Position numbers and translations under genes: made by a program | Shown: piece by piece, positions 18,782 through 26,890 of the stretch | Layout of the letters: each line of letters starts with the position of its first letter | How positions within the stretch are numbered: the first letter of the stretch is position 1 | Notes under the pieces: generated by a model | Databases searched by the model: none | The model's input: the letters and a program-made list of their open reading frames with translations, nothing else | Told to the model about the DNA's origin: nothing | Assembly (NCBI GenBank): GCA_031387185.1 | Contig: JANNCZ010000603.1 | Span: forward strand, 1 to 37,408 | DNA length: 37,408 bases | Direction of reading: 5' to 3' | DNA from: Burkholderiales bacterium | GTDB lineage: Bacteria; Pseudomonadota; Gammaproteobacteria; Burkholderiales; JAEUOS01

Positions 18782-20191
18782 ATGCCTTTCACCACACTCG
18801 GCTTATCCGAACCGATCCTGCGCGCGATTGCCGACGCGGGTTACACCACGCCGACGCCGATTCAAATGCAGGCGATCCCCGCCGTGCTCTCCGGCGGCGA
18901 CTTGCTCGCGGGCGCGCAAACCGGCACCGGCAAGACGGCCGGCTTTACGCTACCGATCCTGCATCGCTTGTCCACCACCGCCAAGCCGGTCAACCCGATC
19001 TCGGGCCGGCCGATTCGCACCCTCATCATGACGCCAACGCGCGAGCTGGCAGCGCAGATCGAGGAGAGCGTGCGCACCTATGGCAAATATTTGAAGATCA
19101 AATCGACGGTGATTTTTGGCGGCGTGGGCCAAGGCCCGCAAGTAAGTGCGATCCGCAATGGCGTCGACATTTTGGTCGCCACGCCGGGCCGCTTGCTCGA
19201 TCTGCACGAGCAGCGTCTGGTCAATTTGTCGAACGTTGAAATCCTGGTGCTTGACGAAGCCGACCGCATGCTCGACATGGGTTTTATTCACGACATCAAG
19301 CGCATCCTCAAGGTGCTGCCGGTGGCGGTCAATGGCGTCAAGCGCCAGAACCTGTTGTTCTCGGCGACGTTTTCGGATGAGATCAAGACGCTGGCCGACA
19401 GCCTGCTCAACAAGCCCGCGCTGATTCAGGTAACGCCGCCCAATTCGACGGTCGATATCATCAAGCAAAAAATTCATCCGGTGGACCGCGACAAGAAGCG
19501 TCAACTGCTCGCGCACCTGATCAAACAAAACGACTGGCATCAGGTGCTGGTGTTCTCGCGCACCAAGCATGGCGCGAACCGCCTCGCCGAGCAACTCGAC
19601 GGCGACGGCATCAATGCGCTGGCGATTCACGGCAACAAGAGCCAGGGGGCGCGCACCCGTGCATTGTCCGAATTCAAGGAAGGCACGCTGCAAGTGCTGG
19701 TGGCGACCGACATCGCGGCGCGCGGCATCGACATCGACCAGTTGCCACATGTGGTCAATTACGATCTGCCCAATGTGCCGGAAGACTACATTCACCGCAT
19801 CGGCCGCACCGGCCGCGCCGGCGCGAATGGCGAAGCGGTGTCGCTGGTGTGTATCGATGAACACATCTTTTTGCGCGACATCGAGCGTCTGATCAAGCGC
19901 GAAATTGCACGCGAAGTGATCCCCGGTTTTGAGCCGGATCCGCTCGCGCGGCCCGAGCCGATTCTGCAACGTCAGGGGCGCGGTGCCCCCCGTGGAGGTG
20001 GCGGTGGCCGCAGCAACGGCGCACGCAGTGCGCCGCGCAGTGGCGGCGCCAGCGCGGGCCGCAGCACACCTCACAGCGGCGCGGCACGTCCGCACGGCAG
20101 TCCGGCCAAGACGCCTGGGCGCACCGGGCCACGCCCGGCAGCAGCGCCCGCGCGGCGCGGCCCCGCACCTGCCGGCGGACGCGGGCGCTAA
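18782..20191 (+). CDS. rhlE: ATP-dependent DEAD-box RNA helicase RhlE-like
   Basis: Translation starts [28 protein letters not shown] (Q motif). Helicase motifs [12 protein letters not shown] (VLDEADRML), SAT and [10 protein letters not shown] are present, and the C-terminal tail is Arg/Gly/Pro-rich. ATG 18782 is used; the ORF-track start at 18665 lies inside the tRNA. Confidence 0.9.
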   Translation: MPFTTLGLSEPILRAIADAGYTTPTPIQMQAIPAVLSGGDLLAGAQTGTGKTAGFTLPILHRLSTTAKPVNPISGRPIRTLIMTPTRELAAQIEESVRTYGKYLKIKSTVIFGGVGQGPQVSAIRNGVDILVATPGRLLDLHEQRLVNLSNVEILVLDEADRMLDMGFIHDIKRILKVLPVAVNGVKRQNLLFSATFSDEIKTLADSLLNKPALIQVTPPNSTVDIIKQKIHPVDRDKKRQLLAHLIKQNDWHQVLVFSRTKHGANRLAEQLDGDGINALAIHGNKSQGARTRALSEFKEGTLQVLVATDIAARGIDIDQLPHVVNYDLPNVPEDYIHRIGRTGRAGANGEAVSLVCIDEHIFLRDIERLIKREIAREVIPGFEPDPLARPEPILQRQGRGAPRGGGGGRSNGARSAPRSGGASAGRSTPHSGAARPHGSPAKTPGRTGPRPAAAPARRGPAPAGGRGR

Positions 20192-20198
20192 GGCAAAT

Positions 20199-20411
20199 TC
20201 AATCAAGGAGCAGCAGGGTCTGCCCCTCCTTGACCATGTCGCCCTCGGCAACAAGGATTTCGCGCACCGTGCCCACAGCCTCGGCCGGCACCGGAATTTC
20301 CATCTTCATCGACTCGATCAACATCACTTCATCGTCAACGCCCACCTGCGCGCCGATGCGGGTTTGCAACCTGAACACTGTGCCGCTCACCGGTGAAATG
20401 ACTTTGCGCAT
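20199..20411 (-). CDS. stand-alone biotinyl/lipoyl-domain carrier protein
   Basis: 70 aa consisting of a single biotinyl domain. The attachment motif reads LIESMKMEIPV (the canonical E-A/S-M-K-M). Confidence 0.8.
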   Translation of the reverse strand: MRKVISPVSGTVFRLQTRIGAQVGVDDEVMLIESMKMEIPVPAEAVGTVREILVAEGDMVKEGQTLLLLD

Positions 20412-20493
20412 GTTAGATTCGCCTCTCTGATTCGACTACTCTGCGAGCTTTCGCACCCGCTGAACCTTACAGGAAAATACAGGAACTTCAGCA

Positions 20494-21684
20494 ATGACCA
20501 CTGCCGCCCCCGCCCACACCCCCCGCGCCCCCGGCGCGCATCAACATCAAGACCTGCGCGACGCCCTCGGCGAACTGTGCAAGCAATACCCCGACGAATA
20601 CTGGCGCAAGACGGACGACACGCGCGCGTATCCGGAAGCCTTTGTCGACGCCCTTACCAAAGCGGGCTGGATGGCGACACTGATCCCCGAAGAATACGGC
20701 GGCTCGGGCCTCGGCCTGATCGAAGCCTCGGTGGTGATGGAAGAAATCAACCGCAATGGCGGCAACGCCGGTGCCTGCCACGGCCAGATGTACAACATGA
20801 ACACACTGTTGCGTCACGGCTCGGACGCGCAGAAAAAACACTACCTGCCCAAAATCGCCAGCGGCGAACTGCGCCTGCAGTCGATGGGCGTCACCGAGCC
20901 CACCACCGGCACCGATACCACCAAGCTCAAGACCACCGCCGTGAAAAAAGACGACCGCTACGTCGTCAATGGGCAAAAGGTGTGGATCTCACGTATCCAA
21001 CACTCCGAGCTGATGATCCTGCTCGCGCGCACCACGCCGGTGGCCGAAGTCAAGCGCAAGTCCGAGGGCATGTCGATTTTTCTGGTCGACCTGAAACAGG
21101 CGATTGGCAATGGCCTCACCGTCAAGCCGATCCGCAACATGGTCAATCACGAGACCAATGAATTGTTTTTCGACAATCTGGAAATTCCTGCCGAAAATCT
21201 GATTGGCGAAGAAGGGCGCGGCTTCAAATACATTCTCGACGGCCTCAACGCCGAGCGCACGCTGATTGCTGCCGAATGCATCGGCGACGCGTATTGGTTC
21301 ATCGAGCGCGCGACCAAATACGCCAATGAGCGCATCGTGTTCGACCGCCCGATCGGGCAAAACCAGGGCGTGCAGTTTCCGATTGCCGACAACTACATCG
21401 AGACCGAAGCCGCCAACCTGATGCGCTGGAAAGCCTGCGAATTGTTCGACGCGCACCAGGCCTGCGGTGCCGAAGCCAACATGGCCAAGTACCTCGCGGC
21501 CAAGGCCTCCTGGGAAGCAGCCAACGTCTGCCTGCAAACCCACGGCGGCTTCGGCTTCGCCTGCGAATACGACATCGAGCGCAAATTCCGCGAGACGCGT
21601 CTGTATCAGGTCGCGCCGATCTCGACCAACCTGGTGTACTCCTACATCGCCGAGCATGTGCTCGGCCTGCCGCGTTCGTTTTAG
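20494..21684 (+). CDS. acyl-CoA dehydrogenase family protein
   Basis: 396 aa with an ACAD pattern: N-terminal helical region, middle beta domain (GVTEPTTGTDTTKLKTTA, VNGQKVWIS), and C-terminal helical domain (ANMAKYLAAKASWEAANVCLQTHGGFGF..E..ERKFRE). Confidence 0.9.
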   Translation: MTTAAPAHTPRAPGAHQHQDLRDALGELCKQYPDEYWRKTDDTRAYPEAFVDALTKAGWMATLIPEEYGGSGLGLIEASVVMEEINRNGGNAGACHGQMYNMNTLLRHGSDAQKKHYLPKIASGELRLQSMGVTEPTTGTDTTKLKTTAVKKDDRYVVNGQKVWISRIQHSELMILLARTTPVAEVKRKSEGMSIFLVDLKQAIGNGLTVKPIRNMVNHETNELFFDNLEIPAENLIGEEGRGFKYILDGLNAERTLIAAECIGDAYWFIERATKYANERIVFDRPIGQNQGVQFPIADNYIETEAANLMRWKACELFDAHQACGAEANMAKYLAAKASWEAANVCLQTHGGFGFACEYDIERKFRETRLYQVAPISTNLVYSYIAEHVLGLPRSF

Positions 21685-22064
21685 CCGCGCACGAAAAGCG
21701 TCACCAGCGGCGCATCGCCCACCTGCCGGCTCCAATGTCCGTGCACGGCAGGATCAAACTCTTTGCCCGCCGGCACGCGATCATCCGAGTAAAAATGTTC
21801 ACCGGGCCGGAACACGCGCGAGCTACCATCGCGCAAGCCAATTTCCATTTGACCGCTGAGGATGAATACCCACTGCGGCGTCACGCTGCAATGGAACTCG
21901 CTGCGAAAGCCCACCGGGCTGTGGCGCAACTGGTAGCCCCCCGACGCGTAGAGCGTTGACAGCATCGACTGCGGCTTGCCTTCGGGCAGCGCAATGGTCT
22001 CTGCGCGAAAGCGCGCGCGGCCATCGGTATCGGTGAACAAAATGGTTTTGGTGAAGGTGGTCAT
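21681..22064 (-). CDS. cupin-domain protein
   Basis: 127 aa from ATG 22064 (MTTFTKTILFTD...). The beta-rich sequence has a cupin-like core (SEFHCSVTPQWVFILSGQMEIGLRDGSSRVFRPGEHF). Its stop overlaps the ACAD stop (TTAG). The upstream 132 codons of the track ORF are antisense to the Bug gene leader and are not counted. Confidence 0.7.
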   Translation of the reverse strand: MTTFTKTILFTDTDGRARFRAETIALPEGKPQSMLSTLYASGGYQLRHSPVGFRSEFHCSVTPQWVFILSGQMEIGLRDGSSRVFRPGEHFYSDDRVPAGKEFDPAVHGHWSRQVGDAPLVTLFVRG

Positions 22065-22221
22065 AAAATGCCGATGCGGATCAAAGTCATGCAATGTTAA
22101 CGGTATGCACACGCCCACGCTGACCACCCCTTGGCCCCATCGACGTTCCACGCGGTGTGCAGCAGCCTCCGCCGCGCGCGCAGTCACAGCCTCGGTCGGC
22201 GCCTCTGTAGCCTCGTCGATT

Positions 22222-23187
22222 ATGACCGTCGTCGCGGTGCTCGGCGCATCACTCCTGCATGCCCCGGCTGCGCTGGCGCAGTCTGCGCAGGAATATCCAA
22301 CCCGCGCGATCCGCCTGATCGTGCCGTTCTCGCCGGGCGGCGCAGTCGATGGCCCGATCCGCGTGATCGCGCAAGTCATGGCCAGGCGCATGGGCCAGCA
22401 AGTCACCATTGACAATCGCCCGGGTGCCGGCGCAACCATTGGCAGCGAAGCCGTGGCCAAGGCCCTGCCCGATGGCTACACCCTGCTGCTCTCGTCGCAA
22501 ACCAATGCCATCAGCGCCTCGCTCTATGCCAAGCTCAATTTCGATCTGATCGAAGACTTCGCGCCAATCACGCTGCTCAGCCGTGAGCAGAGCGTGCTGG
22601 TGGTAACGCCAGCCTTCGCCGCGCGCAACGTCGGCGAGTTGATCGCCCATATCAGGCAGCGCCCGGGGCAAGTGGATTACGCCTCGTCCGGCAACGGCAG
22701 CGGCCAACATTTGATGATGGCGCTGTTCAGCAGCATGGCTGGCCTGCGGATGAATCACATTCCGTATCGCGGCAGCGGCCAGGCCACGGCCGATGTGTTG
22801 GGTGGCCAGGTGTCGATGTCGATGCCCGGCTTGTCCAGCATGCTCGGCCACATCCGCGCCGGCAAGTTGCGCCCAATGGCGGTGAGCGGCACACGCCGCT
22901 CGCCCGCCCTGCCCGAGGTGCCAACACTCGATGAGGCTGGCGTCAAAGGTTACAGCGCCTACATCTGGATGGGCCTGATGGCACCCAAGGCGACGCCTGC
23001 GCCCATCCTCGCGCGCCTGCAGCGCGAAGCGGTGGCCGCGCTCGCCACCGACGAAGTGAAGAATTACATGACGACCGCAGCGATTGAACCCGCGCCGTCC
23101 AGCCCCGCCGAATTCGACGCGTTTTTCCGCGCCGAAAAGCAACGCTGGGCCGTCATCATCAAAGAGACCAGCGCCAAGATTGACTGA
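22222..23187 (+). CDS. Bug-family (TctC-like) tripartite tricarboxylate transporter substrate-binding protein
   Basis: After the signal peptide (MTVVAVLGASLLHAPAALA-QS) comes the mature N-terminus YPTRAIRLIVPFSPGG. The sequence also contains GSGQHL, IPYRGSG and a C-terminal E..RWA..IKE, the hallmark Bug pattern. The start is uncertain; ATG 22105 would give a longer Arg-containing leader. Confidence 0.85.
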   Translation: MTVVAVLGASLLHAPAALAQSAQEYPTRAIRLIVPFSPGGAVDGPIRVIAQVMARRMGQQVTIDNRPGAGATIGSEAVAKALPDGYTLLLSSQTNAISASLYAKLNFDLIEDFAPITLLSREQSVLVVTPAFAARNVGELIAHIRQRPGQVDYASSGNGSGQHLMMALFSSMAGLRMNHIPYRGSGQATADVLGGQVSMSMPGLSSMLGHIRAGKLRPMAVSGTRRSPALPEVPTLDEAGVKGYSAYIWMGLMAPKATPAPILARLQREAVAALATDEVKNYMTTAAIEPAPSSPAEFDAFFRAEKQRWAVIIKETSAKID

Positions 23188-23270
23188 CCATCGTTGACTG
23201 AGTGCCGCACGGCACTCGCCCGCAACAACCCCCACGACGAAACACCTAACCCAACAGGGAGAAGCTTCGC

Positions 23271-24203
23271 ATGAGCACCATCGACAACAACGCCGCCGTC
23301 ACCGGAGTAGAACATTGGACCAACAAAGGCGAAGTCAAACTCTTCATGTGGGAAAAATATGTTGGCAAACCCGATGGAAAACCGGGCGTGCTGTTCGTCC
23401 ACGGCTCGTCGATGGCCTCGCAGCCGACCTTCGATCTTACCGTGCCGGGCCGCGCCGATTCATCGGTGATGGATTGGTTCGCACGGCGCGGCTTCGTCTG
23501 CTGGTGCGCCGACATGGAAGGCTACGGCCGCTCGACCAAGACGCGCGACATCTATTGCGACATTTCCAACGGCTCGGACGATCTCAAAGCCGCGACCGAC
23601 TACATCGCCAAGACACGCGGCGTGCAATCCTTCCTCACCTATGGCATTTCGTCCGGCGCTCTGCGCGCGGGCCTGTTCGCCGAGCGCCACCCCGAGCGCG
23701 TGTCACGCCTCGCACTCGACGCCTTCGTCTATACCGGCGCAGGCGCGCCGACGCTGGAGCAGCGCCGCAAAAAGCTGCCCGAGTTCATCGCCAACAAGCG
23801 CCGCCCGATTGACCGCGCCTTCATGTTCTCCATCTTCGAGCGCGATCACGCCGACTGCGCCGAAAAGCGCGTGATCGAAGCCTTCGCCGACGCCGTACTC
23901 GCGCTGGACGATTCAATGCCCAACGGCACCTACATCGACATGTGCTCCAAACTGCCGATCTGCCATCCGGAAAAAATATCCGTGCCCACGGTAGTGCTGC
24001 GCGGCCAGTTCGACGGCATCGCCGCCCTCGACGATCTGATCGAATTCTACAAACGCCTGCCCAACCCCGACAAGCAATTCATCATGATGTCGGGGATATC
24101 ACACGCGTCGTTTCAGCAGAAGAACTATTTGATGGTGTATCAGATCCTGCATGCGTTCTTTACGCAGAGGGCGCCGGAATACACCGCAAGTGCGGCGCAT
24201 TGA
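23271..24203 (+). CDS. alpha/beta-fold hydrolase
   Basis: 310 aa. VLFVHGSS forms the oxyanion region, GISSG is the nucleophile elbow (GxSxG), and a late ISH supplies the His. A GGGAGA RBS lies upstream. Confidence 0.85.
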   Translation: MSTIDNNAAVTGVEHWTNKGEVKLFMWEKYVGKPDGKPGVLFVHGSSMASQPTFDLTVPGRADSSVMDWFARRGFVCWCADMEGYGRSTKTRDIYCDISNGSDDLKAATDYIAKTRGVQSFLTYGISSGALRAGLFAERHPERVSRLALDAFVYTGAGAPTLEQRRKKLPEFIANKRRPIDRAFMFSIFERDHADCAEKRVIEAFADAVLALDDSMPNGTYIDMCSKLPICHPEKISVPTVVLRGQFDGIAALDDLIEFYKRLPNPDKQFIMMSGISHASFQQKNYLMVYQILHAFFTQRAPEYTASAAH

Positions 24204-24510
24204 GCCAGTGCCTGCCAATTTGTTCTGCCGATGCAGATGACGCCGGTCAGAATTTACCGGCCCGGCAATTCAGGATCACCTGACGAGACTCATTGGCGGC
24301 ATACCCAAGCACGTCGCGTGGCACCATCCCGATTGATATCGAAGACGCGCAACGGCATGCTTGCAGGGTGGCTGGAAGAGAGTGACCTGGTTCGACTTGG
24401 CGGCACTGACAATCACCGCGCAGGGCGCTGGCGGGTTCTGAATCGAAATCGACGCGGCGTCGCGCGAAATCCAGACGCCTGACGCTGGTGATCCCGTCGC
24501 TCCGAAGTGC

Positions 24511-25542
24511 TTACGGATTGCTCTCAACGCCGAAGTGAAACGCGGTCTGTGGCGGCGGCGGAAAACGCTGTTGCCGGATCAGTGGATCGAGACACCGGTT
24601 AATCCCGGTGTCCTCGCGCCAGGTGACGCCAGTAACCGCGCCGCTGGTGTCGACGGTCAACACCAGACCGAGGGACAGTGCACCGCTCGATCCAGCGCGC
24701 GCGGTGCATTGGTTCAACGCGGCGCCGAAGAAGTGGTTAAACGCGGGGCGCATCTGGTTCTCGTACCAGGGCCGGTAGACCGGATTGCCGACGTCGCTCT
24801 GGGCCTGCCGGGCGGCGGTGATGTAGGCCAGTTCAGCGCCGCTCGGCGGGATCGGCGTGGCCACGTCAATTGCCTTGAACAAGAGTTCCAGTTCAGGCAG
24901 ATAGCACTCGTCGCTGGTGCTGGTCCTGATCGATTCTATGATTCGTCGCGCCATGCTGTCGTCGTCGCCGGTACCGTGAACGTTAACCTCGGCAATGGCG
25001 TTCGTGCCCAACTCGACGATAACGTGCAGCGGGAATTTCACCCGTTGCCCGTCGGGCTTGGCGACCGGGGAGGCTTTGAGCAACCAGGTACCGGGGCGTG
25101 ACGATTCGAACGGAACGACTTCAACTGCAGTGAGAGTCTGGCGCAACGCTTTTTCGTGTGCACGGACGGCGATGCCGCGAGCCCGTTCGATCAAGGTGCC
25201 GCCAGCGGCAGCCGCGAGCGTGCGGGGCGGCAGGAAGGTCACTCCGGCGATTGCCGCGCCATCCTTTGAGCGTACCCCCGGCCTGCTGCGCAGCGTGACC
25301 CATTCGCCGGGATAGACGTACGCATAGCAGAACGGGCGCGGCGCGTTGTAATAGACGTGGACGCCGGGCGCCCACGACGGATCCAGTCCGGAACGCGACG
25401 TGATGGAAAAGACGCTGACGTTACCGGCCGCAGCATCGCGCCGCTCGCCTTCCATTTTTGCCTGCCAGGCCGGCACCTGTGCGTGGCTAGCGCCGGTCGC
25501 TAAAACAACCGCAAGCGCGGTTAGGATCGTTGGTACGCACAT
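24511..25542 (-). CDS. secreted hypothetical protein with TonB_C/AgmX-like C-terminal domain
   Basis: 343 aa with a GGAGG RBS 7 nt upstream and the signal peptide MCVPTILTALAVVLATGASHA-QV. The C-terminal roughly 90 aa (NQC...LSLGLVLTVDTSGAVTGVTW...NRCLDPLIRQQRFPPPP) resemble the two-Cys beta-sandwich found at TonB/AgmX C-termini. The rest is unrecognised. Confidence 0.7.
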   Translation of the reverse strand: MCVPTILTALAVVLATGASHAQVPAWQAKMEGERRDAAAGNVSVFSITSRSGLDPSWAPGVHVYYNAPRPFCYAYVYPGEWVTLRSRPGVRSKDGAAIAGVTFLPPRTLAAAAGGTLIERARGIAVRAHEKALRQTLTAVEVVPFESSRPGTWLLKASPVAKPDGQRVKFPLHVIVELGTNAIAEVNVHGTGDDDSMARRIIESIRTSTSDECYLPELELLFKAIDVATPIPPSGAELAYITAARQAQSDVGNPVYRPWYENQMRPAFNHFFGAALNQCTARAGSSGALSLGLVLTVDTSGAVTGVTWREDTGINRCLDPLIRQQRFPPPPQTAFHFGVESNP

Positions 25543-25660
25543 GGCTCGCCTCCAGACCGCAGATCGATGTAGTCAGGCCGGGTTCAAGTGTATCAAGCCG
25601 CTGTTTCCGGTGTCGCAGCTGCATGCAAGACTGGTATTGGCGGTCAAGCGCGATGGCTTG

Positions 25661-25770
25661 TAAATAAACGGGCCGGGTTCAATTTCTATTTAATCAATAT
25701 GCGGAAACCCTCTCCCACCAACGACTACAAGCCATCGATCATCGTACAACCGCTCCCACCAAAGGTTTCA
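25661..25770 (+). repeat. islet direct repeat, copy A (most diverged)
   Basis: The sequence is taaataaacgggccgggttcaatttcta...ctctcccaccaacgactacaagccatcg...cgctcccaccaaaggtt, colinear with copies B and C. A 12-mer ggccgggttcaa from its head recurs at 25576-25587. Confidence 0.75.
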
Positions 25771-25805
25771 GCCAAGCGGTACCACGCGATTTTGAAGGAA
25801 TAACA

Positions 25806-25925
25806 GTAAAAGGCGAGTAAAAGGGACCGCGTTCGAATTGCAATTTTCAGCATTGGTGAAATGCGCTCACACCAACGCTCTCAAGGCATCATGTGCCGGG
25901 AAGCCGTATCCACCAAGGGTTGCAG
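25806..25925 (+). repeat. islet direct repeat, copy B
   Basis: The head has two gtaaaagg(c/g) units. It continues accgcgttcgaattgcaatttt...gaaatgcgctcacaccaacgctctcaaggcatc...tccaccaagggtt. By manual alignment, 13 mismatches in the first 74 nt against copy C. Confidence 0.8.
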
Positions 25926-25992
25926 AATGTCTGAGGGCTGGAAGCCGGCGAAGGATTGGTGCCATGTCGCGCATGGCTTCGAATACCCGGGT

Positions 25993-26412
25993 TCACGCAG
26001 CCTCGCGAAACGGATTGACGATCCGCACGCCTTCAATGGTTTGGCCGTGCTGTAAATCTTCAGAAAGCAGCGTCTCGCACTCTTGGTGAATCGCTGCGGC
26101 GAGGATGAGCGCATCCCAGTGCGAGACGCGCGCGTCGTCGGCAATGCCCCACGCGGTTTCCAGCATGGCGGCGTCAATTGCACAGGGATGCCACGCCATC
26201 AGGTGCCGGATCTCGGCGCGTGCGCGCGCCTTGAATTCATCTCCTTTGATGCGGACAAGGTTGACATAGAACTCATTGAGCACCTGCGCGCTGACACGAC
26301 CGCTGCGCTCCTGCCAGCAGCGCGTCAGCCAGGCTTGCGCTGCACCTTGCTTTGCGGCATCGCGCGGGTCGAGCGCGTAAATCAGGACGTTGGTATCAAC
26401 GAAGACCGGCAC
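25993..26412 (-). CDS. vapC: type II toxin VapC (PIN-domain ribonuclease), module 1
   Basis: 139 aa. The N-terminus MPVFVDTNVLIYALD carries the first PIN acidic residue. Later residues LNEF, SHWDALILAAA and LLSEDLQHG fit the PIN pattern. It overlaps the upstream antitoxin gene by 17 nt. Confidence 0.9.
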   Translation of the reverse strand: MPVFVDTNVLIYALDPRDAAKQGAAQAWLTRCWQERSGRVSAQVLNEFYVNLVRIKGDEFKARARAEIRHLMAWHPCAIDAAMLETAWGIADDARVSHWDALILAAAIHQECETLLSEDLQHGQTIEGVRIVNPFREAA

Positions 26413-26635
26413 GGCTGTTCGCTTCGTCGCGGTTCAGATATTTGGTGTTCTTGGGAAAGGGCAAGGGCTGAAATTTGAGCGCCGCGCGCATGGAGCGCTC
26501 GTAGGCGCCGTCACGCGCACGCGCCTGCTCGACCAACTCGCCGAGGTAGCGCGAGACGCTGGCGTTATCGCGCGCAGCCTTGATGCGCACCCATTCGAGC
26601 GCGTCCTCGTCCATCGAGACAGTGACATTTTTCAT
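26396..26635 (-). CDS. vapB: type II antitoxin, ribbon-helix-helix (CopG-like) VapB, module 1
   Basis: 79 aa. MKNVTVSMDEDALEWVRIKAARDNASVSRYLGELV forms the RHH fold, and the C-terminal tail ends in RAGLR. A GAGGTG RBS lies upstream. Confidence 0.85.
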   Translation of the reverse strand: MKNVTVSMDEDALEWVRIKAARDNASVSRYLGELVEQARARDGAYERSMRAALKFQPLPFPKNTKYLNRDEANSRAGLR

Positions 26636-26655
26636 CGCGGCACCTCAAGCAATTT

Positions 26656-26686
26656 ACACGAAGTCAGTGTAACACGAACTTCGTGT
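26656..26686. promoter_or_regulatory. candidate operator/promoter of vapBC module 1
   Basis: There is a perfect 9-bp inverted repeat, ACACGAAGT-n13-ACTTCGTGT, 21-51 nt upstream of the vapB start. A perfect minus-strand TTGACA (plus strand 26684-26689) overlaps the right arm. I could not place a convincing -10. Confidence 0.5.
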
Positions 26687-26737
26687 CAATTGCATCCAAC
26701 CCGCCCTCTATCGCCTTCGAAGGCGGCTACGGACACA

Positions 26738-26792
26738 GGGGTAAAAGGGCAGGGCAAAAGGGCAGGGCAAAAGGGGCCGGGCAAAAGGGGCC
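26738..26792 (+). repeat. 13-14 bp tandem repeat, 4 units (iteron-like), forming the head of repeat copy C
   Basis: The units are GGGGTAAAAGGGCA GGGCAAAAGGGCA GGGCAAAAGGGGCC GGGCAAAAGGGGCC, read directly from the sequence. Confidence 0.85.
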
Positions 26793-26890
26793 GCGTTCAA
26801 ATTCTAATTTGCGGCGTTGATGAAATCCGCTCCCACCAACACTCTCAAGCCATCGTTGCTGAGAACCCGCACGCACCAAGGGTTTTAGCT
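26738..26890 (+). repeat. islet direct repeat, copy C (with expanded tandem head)
   Basis: After the tandem head the sequence reads gcgttcaaattctaatttgcggcgttgatgaaatccgctcccaccaacactctcaagccatcg...cgcaccaagggtt, colinear with copies A and B. Confidence 0.8.

Noticed and set aside
18950-20254. Long antisense ORFs, for example 18950-20254 (434 aa) opposite rhlE. Others lie at 5983-6846 and 7135-7767 opposite mrcA, 8698-9618 opposite lysA, 12413-13090, 14220-15017, 16573-17289, 20989-21735, 22249-23235, 30101-30940 and 30953-31756.
   Set aside because: They are typical shadow ORFs of high-GC DNA, with Arg/Ala/Gly-rich translations and no recognisable motifs. Each lies fully opposite a gene with strong family signatures.
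22065-22460. N-terminal 132 codons of the 259-aa minus-strand ORF (21681-22460), and the 5' extension of the Bug ORF back to 21976.
   Set aside because: The cupin homology begins at ATG 22064. The upstream part is antisense to the Bug gene signal peptide region and is Ala/Arg-rich shadow sequence. Likewise, the Bug ORF upstream of 22105 overlaps the cupin gene.
25699-25803. Small ORFs at equivalent positions in repeats A (MRKPSPTNDYKPSIIVQPLPPKV..., 34 aa), B (GTG-KCAHTNALKAS...) and C (26820-26888, MKSAPTNTLKPSLL..., 22 aa) hint at a repeat-encoded peptide.
   Set aside because: No Shine-Dalgarno precedes any copy. Differences between copies are mostly non-synonymous. A 1-nt indel shifts the frame in C, and lengths differ about 3-fold. 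The conservation is at DNA level, not protein level.
25829-25839. GCGTTCGAATT / GGGTTCAA(G/T)T in the repeat heads resembles a tRNA T-loop (GGTTCGAATCC), suggesting tRNA-derived att sites.
   Set aside because: The flanking bases do not form a T-stem or acceptor stem, and no tRNA gene adjoins the islet. The only tRNA (Phe, 18634-18709) is 7 kb away and its 3' end differs.
26738-26792. Tandem repeats considered as a CRISPR array or a type III TA antitoxin RNA repeat.
   Set aside because: The units are contiguous, only 13-14 bp long, and have no spacers. That is far shorter than CRISPR repeats or ToxI-like repeats, and no cas or type III toxin gene is adjacent.
25661-26890. Interpretation of the islet repeats as integron attC sites (a CALIN-type cassette array).
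   Set aside because: I found no complementary R''(RYYYAAC)/R'(GTTRRRY) pair at the repeat ends on either strand. The two ends of a copy are not inverted repeats of each other, so no attC-type bottom-strand hairpin forms. No intI or attI is in the window. The cassette-like layout is kept as a finding, but the attC label is not.
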